Shown here: piece by piece, positions 1 through 11,099 of the stretch
Position numbering within the stretch: the first letter of the stretch is position 1
Layout of the letters: every line of letters starts with the position of its first letter
Assembly: GCF_001194135.2 (NCBI RefSeq)
Contig: NC_068985.1
Coordinates: 7,548,243 to 7,588,050 of the forward strand
From: Octopus bimaculoides
Taxonomy: Eukaryota
Length of the DNA stretch: 39,808 bases
Direction: 5' to 3'
Translations under genes and position numbers: made by a program
The notes under the pieces: generated by a model
Told to the model about the DNA's origin: nothing
The model's input: only the letters and a program-made list of their open reading frames with translations
The model's database searches: none

Positions 1-570
1 TATATATATATATATGTGTGCTAACTTTAGGTCGGTTATAATATGTTTCTGACATATTTCAACCTCTAAACGCAGAGTCACTATTGCAGAGAAAATAATT
101 TTTTCTTATGGTAAATAAGGTGTAAAAACAGCTTATCAGTCTAGTGCTTCCCCCTGCTGGATTCCCAGACGCATTCCTAGCTCTTCAGCTATTATCAAGG
201 GGAAATGCGGAAGAAAGGTAACTCTTTAAAGCTTGATACTTATTCTGTCCTTTCCTTTTATCGAACCGCTACGTTACGGGAACGTAAACACACCAACACC
301 GGTTATCAAGCAGTGGGAGGAGACAAACACAGACGCAAAGATATTTATGTATATATTTGCGACTGACTTCCACACAGTTTCCGTCTACAAATCCACTCAC
401 ACGGATCTGGTCAACCCGACACTATAGTAGAAGGCACTTATCCAAAGTGCCACGCAGTGGGACTGAACCCAGAACGATGTGCATGAGAAACTAACTTCTT
501 ACCACACAGCCACGCCTGTGCCAGCTCCAAATTATAAAGATCCATAGCTCATCTGACAAAATATTTCAAC

Positions 571-875
571 ATTATGTACATTATTTACATTTGACAGATG
601 TTTGTCCTCATCTTGTTTGTTGTTAACACAACGTTTCAGCTGATATACCCTCCAGCCTTCATCAGGTGTCTTGGGAAAATTTCGAATCTGGGTTCTCATT
701 CCTAAGGTATTTTGCGATGTTGTTGTTGTTGTTGTTGTTATTATTCAAGTCACTGCCTGGAATCGAACTCGGAATCTTGGGGTTAGTTAGCCTGCGCTCT
801 TAACCCCTACACCATATGCCCGTGGGCACATGTGAATAATGTACATAATTCCTCATCTCTTAAAAATAGAACCGT
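571..875 (-). mobile_element. Non-autonomous Penelope-derived element (tRNA-like module + hammerhead + tail, short inverted tail at the right end)
   Basis: Same modules as 7271-7800 and 11837-12448. Flanked by a near-perfect direct repeat AAAATATTTCAAC (558-570) / AAAATATTTTAAC (876-888). Confidence 0.75.
625..670 (-). ncRNA. Minimal hammerhead motif (copy A, G-U at the base of helix II)
   Basis: Reverse complement reads GACAC-CTGATGA-A-GGCTG-GAGGGTATAT-CAGCT-GAAA-CGTT-GTGTT. Confidence 0.68.
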
Positions 876-1430
876 AAAATATTTTAACTCCTTATTGTAC
901 CCAGAACTATTAACGAGTCAACCATCCACAATACCCTCCATCAAGTTAATTATATCAGCAATTTACAATCCATTACTTCGTGAATTACTACGAAAGTTAA
1001 ATGATCTTATTATGTTATAAATGATATCACATTTCTAACATTACTTATGTATTCTGTATACACGTTTCTTATAGTTGTGTCTCTGTGGTATTTAACTAGA
1101 TTTATTACGCAATATTTATTTATTCCTATTATTCAAATCCGATCCATTATTACTTAATCACCTGTTCAGTTAACCATCGAACAGTTTATTAACCATTAAA
1201 ATTTCTCTCTATAACCATAATGCTACATGTGTGCCCGTGAGCATTATATATATATACACACACACGTATACATGTCTATACATATACATCTCTAATATAT
1301 ATATNNNNNNNNNNNNNNNNNNNNNNNNNNNNNNNNNNNNNNNNNNNNNNNNNNNNNNNNNNNNNNNNNNNNNNNNNNNNNNNNNNNNNNNNNNNNNNNN
1401 NNNNNNNNNNNNNNNNNNNNNNNNNNNNNN

Positions 1431-1503
1431 TATATATATATATATATATATATAGGTGTATGTATGTGTGTATTTATGTATGTATGTATGTATGTATGTA
1501 TGT

Positions 1504-1566
<63 letters not shown>
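1431..1566. repeat. Compound microsatellite (TA)n(TATG)n(TAGA)n
   Basis: Directly visible. Similar (TA)n/(CA)n tracts at 1-16, 2291-2395, 3411-3560, 14570-14625 and 19258-19319, mostly next to N gaps. Confidence 0.95.
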
Positions 1567-2289
1567 CTGTTCCGAAATCTCATTAATCGTATAATCTTCC
1601 ATAAATTATATATCCCTCGTTATCAAATTTAAGTTAATCTTCAACGAATCTTTATAATACGCATTTAAAATCAATAACATTGCATAATTATATAAGCATT
1701 GCTATTCATAGTTGGCAAACTGTTCAATTGATAGCAAGGATATATCTCAGCGTTGATAATGAATTTCTCCACACCAAATTAAAACACAAAGTTTACTTAT
1801 CATTAAATGAGGTTAAGATAAACTCTTTAAAACCTGCATTTCATTTACATAATGGAAGAGCCATTCTAGATATTCAGAGAAGTTAAATTTATGTTATTTC
1901 AAGAATTGTCAAAATTTTCGTCGCACATCTGTGGCCTGATCAATGACAGGTTCTACTGCAAACTAAAGTCTGTAAACCTGATCTTTGTTTCAAATTCGTT
2001 TCTCGCCTGTCATGTAAATCTTCTAGTCTTTCTTTTGTATTCTTCGTTTACTTGTTTCAGTCCTGGGACTGCGGCCATTCTGGGCCAACGCCTTGACGGA
2101 TTTAGTCGAACAAATCGACCCCAGCACTTATTATTAAGCCTGATACTAATTCTATCTTTTTATGTTTTCTTTTTTTTTTCCCCCGACCCGTTAGATTTCG
2201 GGGGCGTAAACAAACCTGCACCGGTTGTCAAGCAATGCTGAGAGACAAACATAAACGCACACGCACTGTTATGTGGATGTATGTATACG

Positions 2290-2327
<38 letters not shown>

Positions 2328-3419
2328 TATATATATATGAACGTATATACATACATGTACATATATATGCATATACTCATATATTGTTTATATATNNNNN
2401 NNNNNNNNNNNNNNNNNNNNNNNNNNNNNNNNNNNNNNNNNNNNNNNNNNNNNNNNNNNNNNNNNNNNNNNNNNNNNNNNNNNNNNNNNNNNNNNNNNNN
2501 NNNNNNNNNNNNNNNNNNNNNNNNNNNNNNNNNNNNNNNNNNNNNNNNNNNNNNNNNNNNNNNNNNNNNNNNNNNNNNNNNNNNNNNNNNNNNNNNNNNN
2601 NNNNNNNNNNNNNNNNNNNNNNNNNNNNNNNNNNNNNNNNNNNNNNNNNNNNNNNNNNNNNNNNNNNNNNNNNNNNNNNNNNNNNNNNNNNNNNNNNNNN
2701 NNNNNNNNNNNNNNNNNNNNNNNNNNTATATATATATATATATATACGAGCAAACACGCGAACTTACTTCGTCCCGCTTCCAGTTCGTTGCTTCACAGCG
2801 TTCTATATACACATATTTTTTCACGTCTGGCCGTATAGCCTTTTCCGTTTGTTTTCCTGTCTTGTTTTCTGTCCGCCACTACATTCCTCCATGGTACAAA
2901 TTTAATTTGTGTATGCAAATTTAATTTGTGGTTCGTGGGAAGAGCCATTTTAACGATGCGTCTTGCCCTAACTCTTCGAAACGCCTGTGTTAGAATGGGT
3001 GTAGCTGATGAAGGAAAATGTTCTCTATGTAGCCTGTGTGTGTTCTGTACTCTGGTTATTATTATCTTTTTGTCTACATTTTGCTTGCAATGTCCTGTAC
3101 CCAGATATGCATCTATATATACAGGTAGACCTAGGTGAGTTGATTGTATTGTTTTACAGCATTTTTATTCCCTCCGGAATAATCTCAATGCTTTCTTCGA
3201 AACATATGTTGGAAGTATAAATGATATGAATAACAACTGCATTTGACTCCATTTCTTAATCTATCCATGTTATAAATAAACATTTCAGTTAACCTTGGAA
3301 TTTCTACCTTTATAAGTAGATTGTAATATCCTTGGCACTTATGTGAATTTTTGCAATCCTAGTAATTATTTGTTTATTTATTTTTCCTTGTTATTTGTGC
3401 ACATTGAATAAATATACAT

Positions 3420-3510
<91 letters not shown>

Positions 3511-3582
3511 TATACGTATATGCATACATATGTACGTGTATATGTGTGTACATACAAACTTACTTACATACATACAAACAAA

Positions 3583-3793
3583 CGGTGAGGTGCTGAAAAG
3601 TTCTTGGCCTTAAGCGTGTCTTAAAAGGCCTGAGTGGAGGCCCAGCCTTCAGAGTTCTTTTCCGGGGCTTAGAAAGACTGAAGGGCCGCTGTAATGAGTG
3701 TGTGAACCTAAAAGGGGAATATGTTAGATAAGATCATAATTAACTGATCTTCCTGTATTTTCTTTTACCCAGGAACTTTTCAGTACCTCTTCG
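3583..3793 (+). mobile_element. Mariner internal-deletion derivative (MITE)
   Basis: 21-bp imperfect TIRs CGGTGAGGTGCTGAAAAGTTC / GAACTTTTCAGTACCTCTTCG followed by TA. The interior retains RCNECVNLKGEYVR*, similar to the mariner transposase C-terminus. Confidence 0.7.
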
Positions 3794-3836
3794 TACATAT
3801 ATACACATACACACACACACTTATCTATATTATATA

Positions 3837-3867
<31 letters not shown>

Positions 3868-4053
3868 ACGTATTGTGTCTACAAGAACATTATCCAATGT
3901 CATTTTTCACCCACTTTTAGCAGGTCGACCGACATGGCAGACGATCTATTGTTGTCTACGAATCCCAAATCTCTCTTGATCGAGCCGTCTTATAGCCAAA
4001 GACAACTCATCCTTTTTCAGATACAATGTATCCAAGACTAGAATGTCTTATAA

Positions 4054-4478
4054 GGCGGCGAGCTGGTAGAATCGTTAGCATGCCGGGCGAAATGCTTAGC
4101 GGTATTTCGTCTGCCGCTACGTTCTGAGTTCAAATTCTGCCGTGGTCGACTTTGCCTTTCATCCTTTCGAGGTCGATAAATTAAGTACCAGTTACGAACT
4201 GGAGTCGATGTAATCGACTTAATCCCTTTGTCTGTCCTTGTTTGTCCCCTCTATGTGTAGCCCCTTTGTGGGCAGTAAAGAAATAAGAAACGTTAGCACG
4301 CCAGGCGAAATGCTTAGCGGTATTTCGTCTGTCTTTACGTTCTGAGTTCAAATTCCGCCTAGGTCGACTGCCTTTCATCTATTCGGAGTCGATAAATTAA
4401 TTACCAGTTGCGTACTGGAGTCGATCTAATCGACTTTCCCTCTCCCCAAAAATGTCCAGCCTTGTGCCTAGAGTAGAA
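4054..4478 (+). mobile_element. tRNA-derived SINE with partial internal duplication
   Basis: A-box-like AGCTGGTAGAATCG and B-box GAGTTCAAATTC, followed by GTCGACTTTGCCTTTCATCC...GATAAATTAAGTACCAGTT. The segment repeats at about 4288-4440; fragments occur at about 13670, 17480, 22930, 25600 and 36395. Confidence 0.75.
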
Positions 4479-6559
4479 AAGATTATTTAATGTCTTTCTT
4501 TCTTCTTAAGTTAGTAGAATGATTATATATAAAAACAAAAAATTAACTTCCATGCCAGTAAAGAACATGGATGTCACTTATTTGAATGCTTATAAATCTA
4601 GCTCGCTTTAAAGGGACGAAACCTACGTATATACAAATTATCTCCCTTAGATTAGTAATTTGTGTTTTACATTACCTGGATTTAATTCAATCTTGGAATT
4701 TGAGCGTAAATACGATTTCCTTTAAATATTCTTTCAAGAGAAGCCGGCGGTGAGTATGATAGAATTCTTAGAGCCTCAGCAGTTGCTACTGCGTTTTTAT
4801 AATGTCTCCAGATTCAAAGTCTATGTAACTGACTCTTCGCTTTTAGCCAGTTTAAAAGTTCATGCTTATGTAATGAATATTCTTTTGAATACAAAAAGCA
4901 TCCTATAGTTGAAAGTCTGCTAGAACAAATATCCCCAGACCTATGCAAGCATGGAAAAAATGGATCCGCATCTTCGTCATCTTTTAATGCCAGTTTTCCA
5001 TGCTAGCATCGGCTGGATGTTAAAACAATGATTTAAATAATTCATTTAATAGAACTCAATACTAATCCAGAGCATCGGATTAGTGGATTTGTTAGGTATT
5101 TGATGGGATATTTTTACTATTTATTCCGCCTGTCATAAGAAAACCATGACCCTTTGGTCAGGAGTTGACAACTTGGAAGTGGAGAAAGAAAACTGAAAAA
5201 TGCCAAAAGACCCTTAACAGGTTGGCAAATCATGAGGTATATTACCAATTATGATTTAAACCTCAAAATGATAATTAACCCAGGTAAATGGAGAGTACTT
5301 TTTGTTTATTTGTCAATAACAATTTTTTAGAAAAAACAGCACATCATGGATGATGAGAAAATGTTTTTATATTGAACTAGATACAAAAACAGCATCTTTA
5401 AATCCCTCAGTCAATCGGTAATCAATGTCACTGGTAGAAATATTGAAGAAATAGCAAATAAGTTTGTTGTGATGGAAAATGGATCCTACTACACCAACCC
5501 ATGCACGCATGGAAAACGGACGTTAAACGATATTGATGATGATGATGATGAGAGCAGAGGCGTTTTAGCGAAGGTTTTAAATGCAACTTTAAGTCAGAAA
5601 TTTGACATACAAGCGCAGGCATGGCTGAGTGGTAAGAAGCTTGCTTCCCAACCACATGGTTCCAGGTTCAGTCCTACTGCGTGACACCTTGGGCAAGTGT
5701 CTTCTATCTTCGTGGCACTCTGTCGGTTACGACGACGAGGGTTCCAGTTGATCCGATCAATGGAACAACATGCTTGTGAAATTAATGTGCAAGCGGCTGA
5801 GTACTCCACAGACAAGTGTACCCCTAATGTAGTTCTCGGGTAGATTCAGCGTGACACAGAGTGTGACAAGGTTGGCCCTTTGAAATACTGGTACAAGAGA
5901 AAAAAGAAGGAAGAGTGAGAGAAAGTTGTGGTGAAAGAGTGCAGCAGGGATCGCCACCTGCCGGAGCCTCGTGGAGCTGAAGCTGTTTTTGCTCAATAAA
6001 CACTCACAACGCCCGGTCTGGGAATCGAAACTGCGAGTCCACTGCACCTCCCTTCTACTATAACCTCGAGCCAACCCAAGCCTTGTGTGGATTTGGTAGA
6101 CAGAAACTGAAAGAAGCCCATCGTATGTGTGTGTGGTACAGAGGAGGGTAATAAAAGTGAGTAATAAACCCCGAGAAGGGAAAGTGTTAGGAGTTATGGG
6201 GTGAATATGGAAATATAATGATCAAGTTTCTAAAAATAAACATAGGCAGTTATAAGAAGTCAGAGTGTACTGGCTAAAGTGATACTGGGGATTGATAAAT
6301 CAGTGAGAAAGAAAAATATGCACATATATATATATATGTATATATATATACGCACGTGAATATAGGCCTGCATACTCACACACACATATATATTAAAAAA
6401 TAAAGAAATTAAAAAGTCAAATGAGGTTGTTCAATGTTACCTAGGGGTATTTGGTATATGTAATGTGGTTGATTTAGGTTGCATTTAGATCTGTGGTAAA
6501 ATTTGAAGGTGTGAAAAAAGCAGTGGTTGCATGTACCTAGGGCCTCATTTTACTTATTT

Positions 6560-6990
6560 AGTAATAGTGAAGAATTATGTTATTTAATATATGGAACACC
6601 TCTTTTAGGCATAACTTACAGGCTGAGCATTGACCCTGGTATGGAAGCCCTAATCTATTATGGACCATAAGTTCTACGGAGTATTCCTATTTTTGAAATG
6701 ATGTGACTGGCAAGGGTTGTGGATTTACTGTTTCTCATATCTAAAAGAATTGAGATGTGCAGAGTATCTCTGTTTAAAGTTTATGATTGACTCTATATAT
6801 GCTTGTGGAGTTGTGTAGCATGTTGAGGACAGTAAATTTGTAAATTACATTAGACCTTCTGCCGTGGGTTTGTAGAGGGCATATAGTCCTAGGGCAACAG
6901 TTACATGGTAGAACATTGTGGGGATTAATCTCAGGAGTGAAGGATGGAATACTGTCTAGGGAGAGGTTAGAGATAGGGGTAGATATATAC
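6560..6990 (-). pseudogene. Degenerate Penelope-type GIY-YIG endonuclease fragment
   Basis: The minus strand reads CNCCPRTICPLQTHGRRSNVIYK, then across frameshifts FKQRYSAHLNSFRYEK and KSTTLASHI, matching the Cys-knuckle plus GIY-YIG layout of Penelope elements. Confidence 0.7.
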
Positions 6991-7270
6991 ATATATATAA
7001 GTATGTATGTATAAGAAAAGAAAATGGAGAAATCGACAGATAGACATTAACTTATTAACATAGCTCCAATTTCAAACACTGATTTCTTATAACCTACAAT
7101 TGTTACTATATTCAATTCATTCAAATTACAAATAATTAAGTCAGGAAACTTGACTGCTAACATCTCTTTAAGAGGTAAAAATCCTCATAATAATAATAAT
7201 ATATATATATATAGGTATGTTGATGCAAACAGGAAAAACAGAACTCAAAATATGTGTGTGTGTATTTTTC

Positions 7271-7800
7271 AGTTCTATATTTAAGAGATGAGGAATTATG
7301 TACATTTGACAGATATCTGTCCTCGTCTTGTTTGTTGTTAACATAACGTTTAAAGCTGATATACCCTCCAGCCTTCATCAAGTTAAAATAATAGACAGAG
7401 AACACCACTGGAAAATACGAAAACTAAAAGAGGCAGCACATATGCTAGGACACAACAACCTCCAAAGCAGACCGAGTGCAAATATGAGTAACACGTGGGA
7501 ACCGGTATTAAGGAAGGATAGGAAAATATTAGATTCATAAACCCTAAAATTCACTCCATAATTACCCATGGGCATATGGCGTAGTGGTTAAAAGCACGGG
7601 CTACTAACACCAAGATTCCAAGTTCGATTCAAGGCAGTGACCTGAATAATTATATAAATATCAAAAAATACCTTAGGAATACCCAGGTTCGAAATTTCCC
7701 CAAAACACCTGATGAAGGCTGGAGGGTATATCAGCCGAAACGTTGTGTTAACAACAAACAAGATGAGGACAAATATTCGTCAAATGTAAATAATGTATAA
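7271..7800 (+). mobile_element. Penelope-like retroelement 3' remnant with inverted 5' tail: ORF C-terminus, tRNA-like module, hammerhead, tail
   Basis: 7271-7381 is an inverted tail with a decayed hammerhead. About 7380-7540 encodes VKIIDREHHWKIRKLKEAAHM...SNTWEPVLR, resembling the C-terminus of Penelope GIY-YIG ORFs. A/B-box module at 7571-7642; hammerhead at 7704-7749. Confidence 0.75.
7704..7749 (+). ncRNA. Minimal type I hammerhead ribozyme motif (copy C, intact)
   Basis: AACAC-CTGATGA-A-GGCTG-GAGGGTATAT-CAGCC-GAAA-CGTT-GTGTT: helix I AACAC/GTGTT, complete catalytic core, 5-bp helix II, palindromic ACGT helix III; predicted cleavage after 7744. Confidence 0.8.
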
Positions 7801-7879
7801 CAGAGTGACTCAAGGTCAGAGTGCTTCATTCGCTGATAGATAAGTGCATGAGAGTCTCAGACATCGAGTCACTCTGTTA
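7798..7879. mobile_element. 82-bp miniature inverted-repeat element
   Basis: Perfect 14-bp inverted termini TAACAGAGTGACTC (7798-7811) / GAGTCACTCTGTTA (7866-7879), including terminal TA. Confidence 0.55.
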
Positions 7880-10158
7880 CTTCTGCTAAATATTAATAAA
7901 ACTAAATATATATATATATATATTATACATACACATGCGCAGACACACTAAAGTTTGATAAAAGAAACAGGATAGTAGAACTTGAAACATGAATATATAT
8001 TTTTTATTTAATCAATAGAAGTTACAAAGTTACTCAATGGCTGAGAGTTTTGTACATTCCCACTTCATTACTTTGTAACTCTTGCCAATTAAGTAAATAT
8101 GTACATATATGCCAGTGCCGCCTGACTGACACCCATGCTGGTGGCACGTAAAAAGTACCATTCAAGCGTGTCCAAAGCCAGTGCCACCTGACTGGCACCC
8201 GTAAAAAGCACCCACTAGACTCTCGGAGTGATTGGCATTAAGGGCATCCAGCTGTAGAAACCTTGTCAAATCAGATTGGTGCAGCCTCCTGGTTTGCCAG
8301 TTCTCAGTCAAACCCATGCCAGCATGGAAAGCAGATGTTAAACGACGATGATGATGATGATATATATTATGTGGACAAGCAAAAGGGGTACTCATCACAC
8401 TCGGTAGAGTTACATTTCTTAATAAGTTTGACTCAGCTGCAACATGGTTTCAAATTTTGTGGGTGCATTGGATGAGCCTATTTCATCATAAATTGGAAGA
8501 GTGAGGGATTTGAGACAAATTCAAACTAGCTTAAGTTATTGGGCTTCTAATGGTCACCACAGTTTACATAGAGTTGATGGTAAGGAAGTAATACCAGATC
8601 TTTTCTTTATTCTTAGGCCCACGTGTTCAGACTGTATGTTGGCAATGAGCTGTCACAGTGTCATGTATTCAATATCAGATCATTCCATTTGGTGCCACAC
8701 ATGATAGGGTGGGGTGTTGTCACAGTTTAGAAGTTCAGTCACTGTTCAGTGGAGCGTTAATACAATAACAGCAGTACTCTTTACTTCAGAGTAACCAGAT
8801 TTGATAGCATTAGGACAAAATGTTAGGTTAAAATTGAAGCTGGATGACCAACAGGGCTACAGCTGTAGTTTATACAAGTGGCATGGATTAAATACCCTCC
8901 CCTTGTGTGGTGGGCAGCCAGTCCTAGAGTGGTATATCTGGATTATCATTATCAGGGCACCTCTGGTGATAACAGTAACATAGTTAATTCGTCTTGTTGA
9001 TGGATACTGCTGGGAGGTAGAGTATATGTAGTCTTTCAAGGAAACAGAATTGGCAACTGTGAGTTCCAGGTGAGTAAAGTGGGGTCCTGTCAATACTCCA
9101 TTTGATGTGGGAGAAGTTGTTCTGGAGTATCCAAATGAAGTGGAACACAGAAATGGAATTTTCCTTATCCTGCATGTGGACAAGTGCATATGCTATGTAT
9201 AACTTCTCTTAAAACGACTGGCTGTGATACTGATGGGGTGAGGGTAGTTCTACAGACTACAGCCTTTGAGAGGCAGGATCATCGCAGTTGGTATTTGGTA
9301 GGATTTCGAGTTACAGGTTAGAGCATGAATAGGAGGCTTTATAGGTATTTGTGTTTACTATAGCATGTGATATTTGAAGTGATTTATCTAAGCAAGAGTA
9401 AATGACCATTACATTGTGGGGATTGAAGAGCTTATAATGCAAATGGTTTCTTGGAAAATGTCTTGATTAAAGCCAGGAAGCAGAAACCACCTATGTTAGC
9501 TGAGACTTCTAGGTTACATGGAGGATTGAACCAGATTTTTTTTTCTGTAACTCATACTGGATTCAGGGGTGGGGTAGGATGTCCTCCATATAGTAACAAC
9601 TCAATGAATCAACTGGCAGCCAACAATCCTGATATAAATCATGTGTGTGTGTGTGAGTATGCGTGTGTCAGCTCTTGTTTAGACATGACATGATGGTTGT
9701 AAAGGAGCATCATCATCCTATAAGCAGAGCTGTTTGTTTCCAACCTTCCATAAAAAGCATGTCTGGCCATGGAGAACTATGACCTTCCTTAGAAACAAGC
9801 AAGGGTTGGCAGCAGGAAGGTTACCAATAACAAAAACTCTGCCTCAACATATTCCATCCAATTAGTGCAAGCAGGGAAAAGTGGGTGATAATGATACCCA
9901 CACACACATATATAAGGAAGCGTAGCCATTGTCGTGGCATTAGTGAAGTAAGGCAAGTGGTAATGGAATATCTTGCAGTTAATGTTTTACCATTCTTTGG
10001 ATGTTTTTGTTTTTTTTTTTGCAGTTCTCATCATAGTTCAGACTGATACACAGCAAATGTTTACTGTTGGAACAGTTCTCAAGAATTGAGAGGTAATTTT
10101 GCAACATCTTGTACAATTGTTCAAGCAAGATCAGACGAATGCAGCTGAACCATGAATA

Positions 10159-10164
10159 TTTATT
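10159..10164 (-). terminator. Candidate NAF1 polyadenylation signal AATAAA
   Basis: TTTATT on the + strand about 50 nt downstream of the NAF1 stop codon. Use of this site is not demonstrated. Confidence 0.4.
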
Positions 10165-10212
10165 AAGCAAATTACATCCATCGTTGCTCGTTAATTGAGA
10201 GCCTTCTGGTAT

Positions 10213-11099
10213 TTAAGAATTAAAATTTGGATTGTTAGTCCCAGTATTAACATTTCCTGCTTGTTGAGGAGGCCACTGGTTGGTATTGGGAAGAAATCTT
10301 TGTGTCTGAGCAAAAGAATTTTGAGTCCAGCTTGGTGCATTTGGAGGAGGGTTGTTTGGGAGTGCGGCAGATGGTTGGCTCATGGAGTTTGAGGAGGAGC
10401 TATTCAAAATATTTGGTGGGGGAACGCTAAAAGGATTTGGGGGAAGACTGTTAGGATTAGAAGACCAATTGGTAGGCCAGTTTGAAGACCAGGTATTAGG
10501 ATTAATTTGAGATGAGCCATGAGGGATATTTTGTGCTGAAATGTTAGGAGTATTTTGAGACCAACTATTAGGATTATTTTGGGTCCAACTATTCAGTGCA
10601 GGCCAGTTATTAGGGGTCATTTGAGTTGAACTGTTTGGGGTATTTTGGAATGAAGTGTTAGGATTATTTTGGGACCAATTATTTGGAGCATTCAAGGACC
10701 AGTTATTTGGGGTATTCTGAGACCAATTATTTGGGGTACTTTGAGACCAGCTGTTTGGGGTACCTTGAGACCAACTGTTTGAGGTACCTTGAGACCAACT
10801 GTTTGGGGTTCTTGGCCATTTGTTAGGACCATTTGTAGAAGGCCAGTTATTGGTCCCAGTTTGGCCCCAACTGTTTGCAGGATTTGAGGGCCACTGGTTA
10901 GGGGGATTTGTCGACCAATTGTTAGGTGGATTTGGAGGTCTGTTGCCATAGGTGTTAGGAAACCTATTGTTAGAGGCTTCAAAAGATTGAGGTCTTGGTT
11001 CTTTTGGTGGCCAACTGGTATAAGCATTAGAATGCCAATTGTTGATTTGTTGTGGCTTGGATCCTTGATCATTTCGGTGGCCTTGATGAGTGAAACCCT
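10213..11099 (-). CDS. NAF1: NAF1 terminal exon: about 295 aa Asn/Ser/Pro/Gln/Trp-rich repeat tail
   Basis: Poly-T CAG acceptor (AG at 11101-11100). The frame is open to the stop at 10213 and includes the supplied ORF 10213..10695; 24-nt tandem units are visible. Confidence 0.88.

Noticed and set aside
1209-3613. ORFs rich in YI/HT/CV dipeptides or X runs (also at 14378, 19272, 33082 and 37323)
   Set aside because: Artefacts of microsatellites and N gaps.
7571-7642. Possible tRNA gene (Ser-like, loop CTACTAA)
   Set aside because: There is no convincing acceptor stem or Ser variable arm, and it always occurs inside the same repeat family. Treated as a tRNA-like module instead.
8500-9440. Non-microsatellite stretch with several short ORFs, possibly a decayed LINE endonuclease on the minus strand
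   Set aside because: Only vague motif resemblance with many stops; cannot be assigned without a translated profile search.
10692-11072. 126-aa minus-strand ORF (MIKDPSH...GLKVPQTV repeats)
   Set aside because: It is an off-frame shadow of the NAF1 terminal exon. The splice phase supports the other frame, which stays open to 10213.
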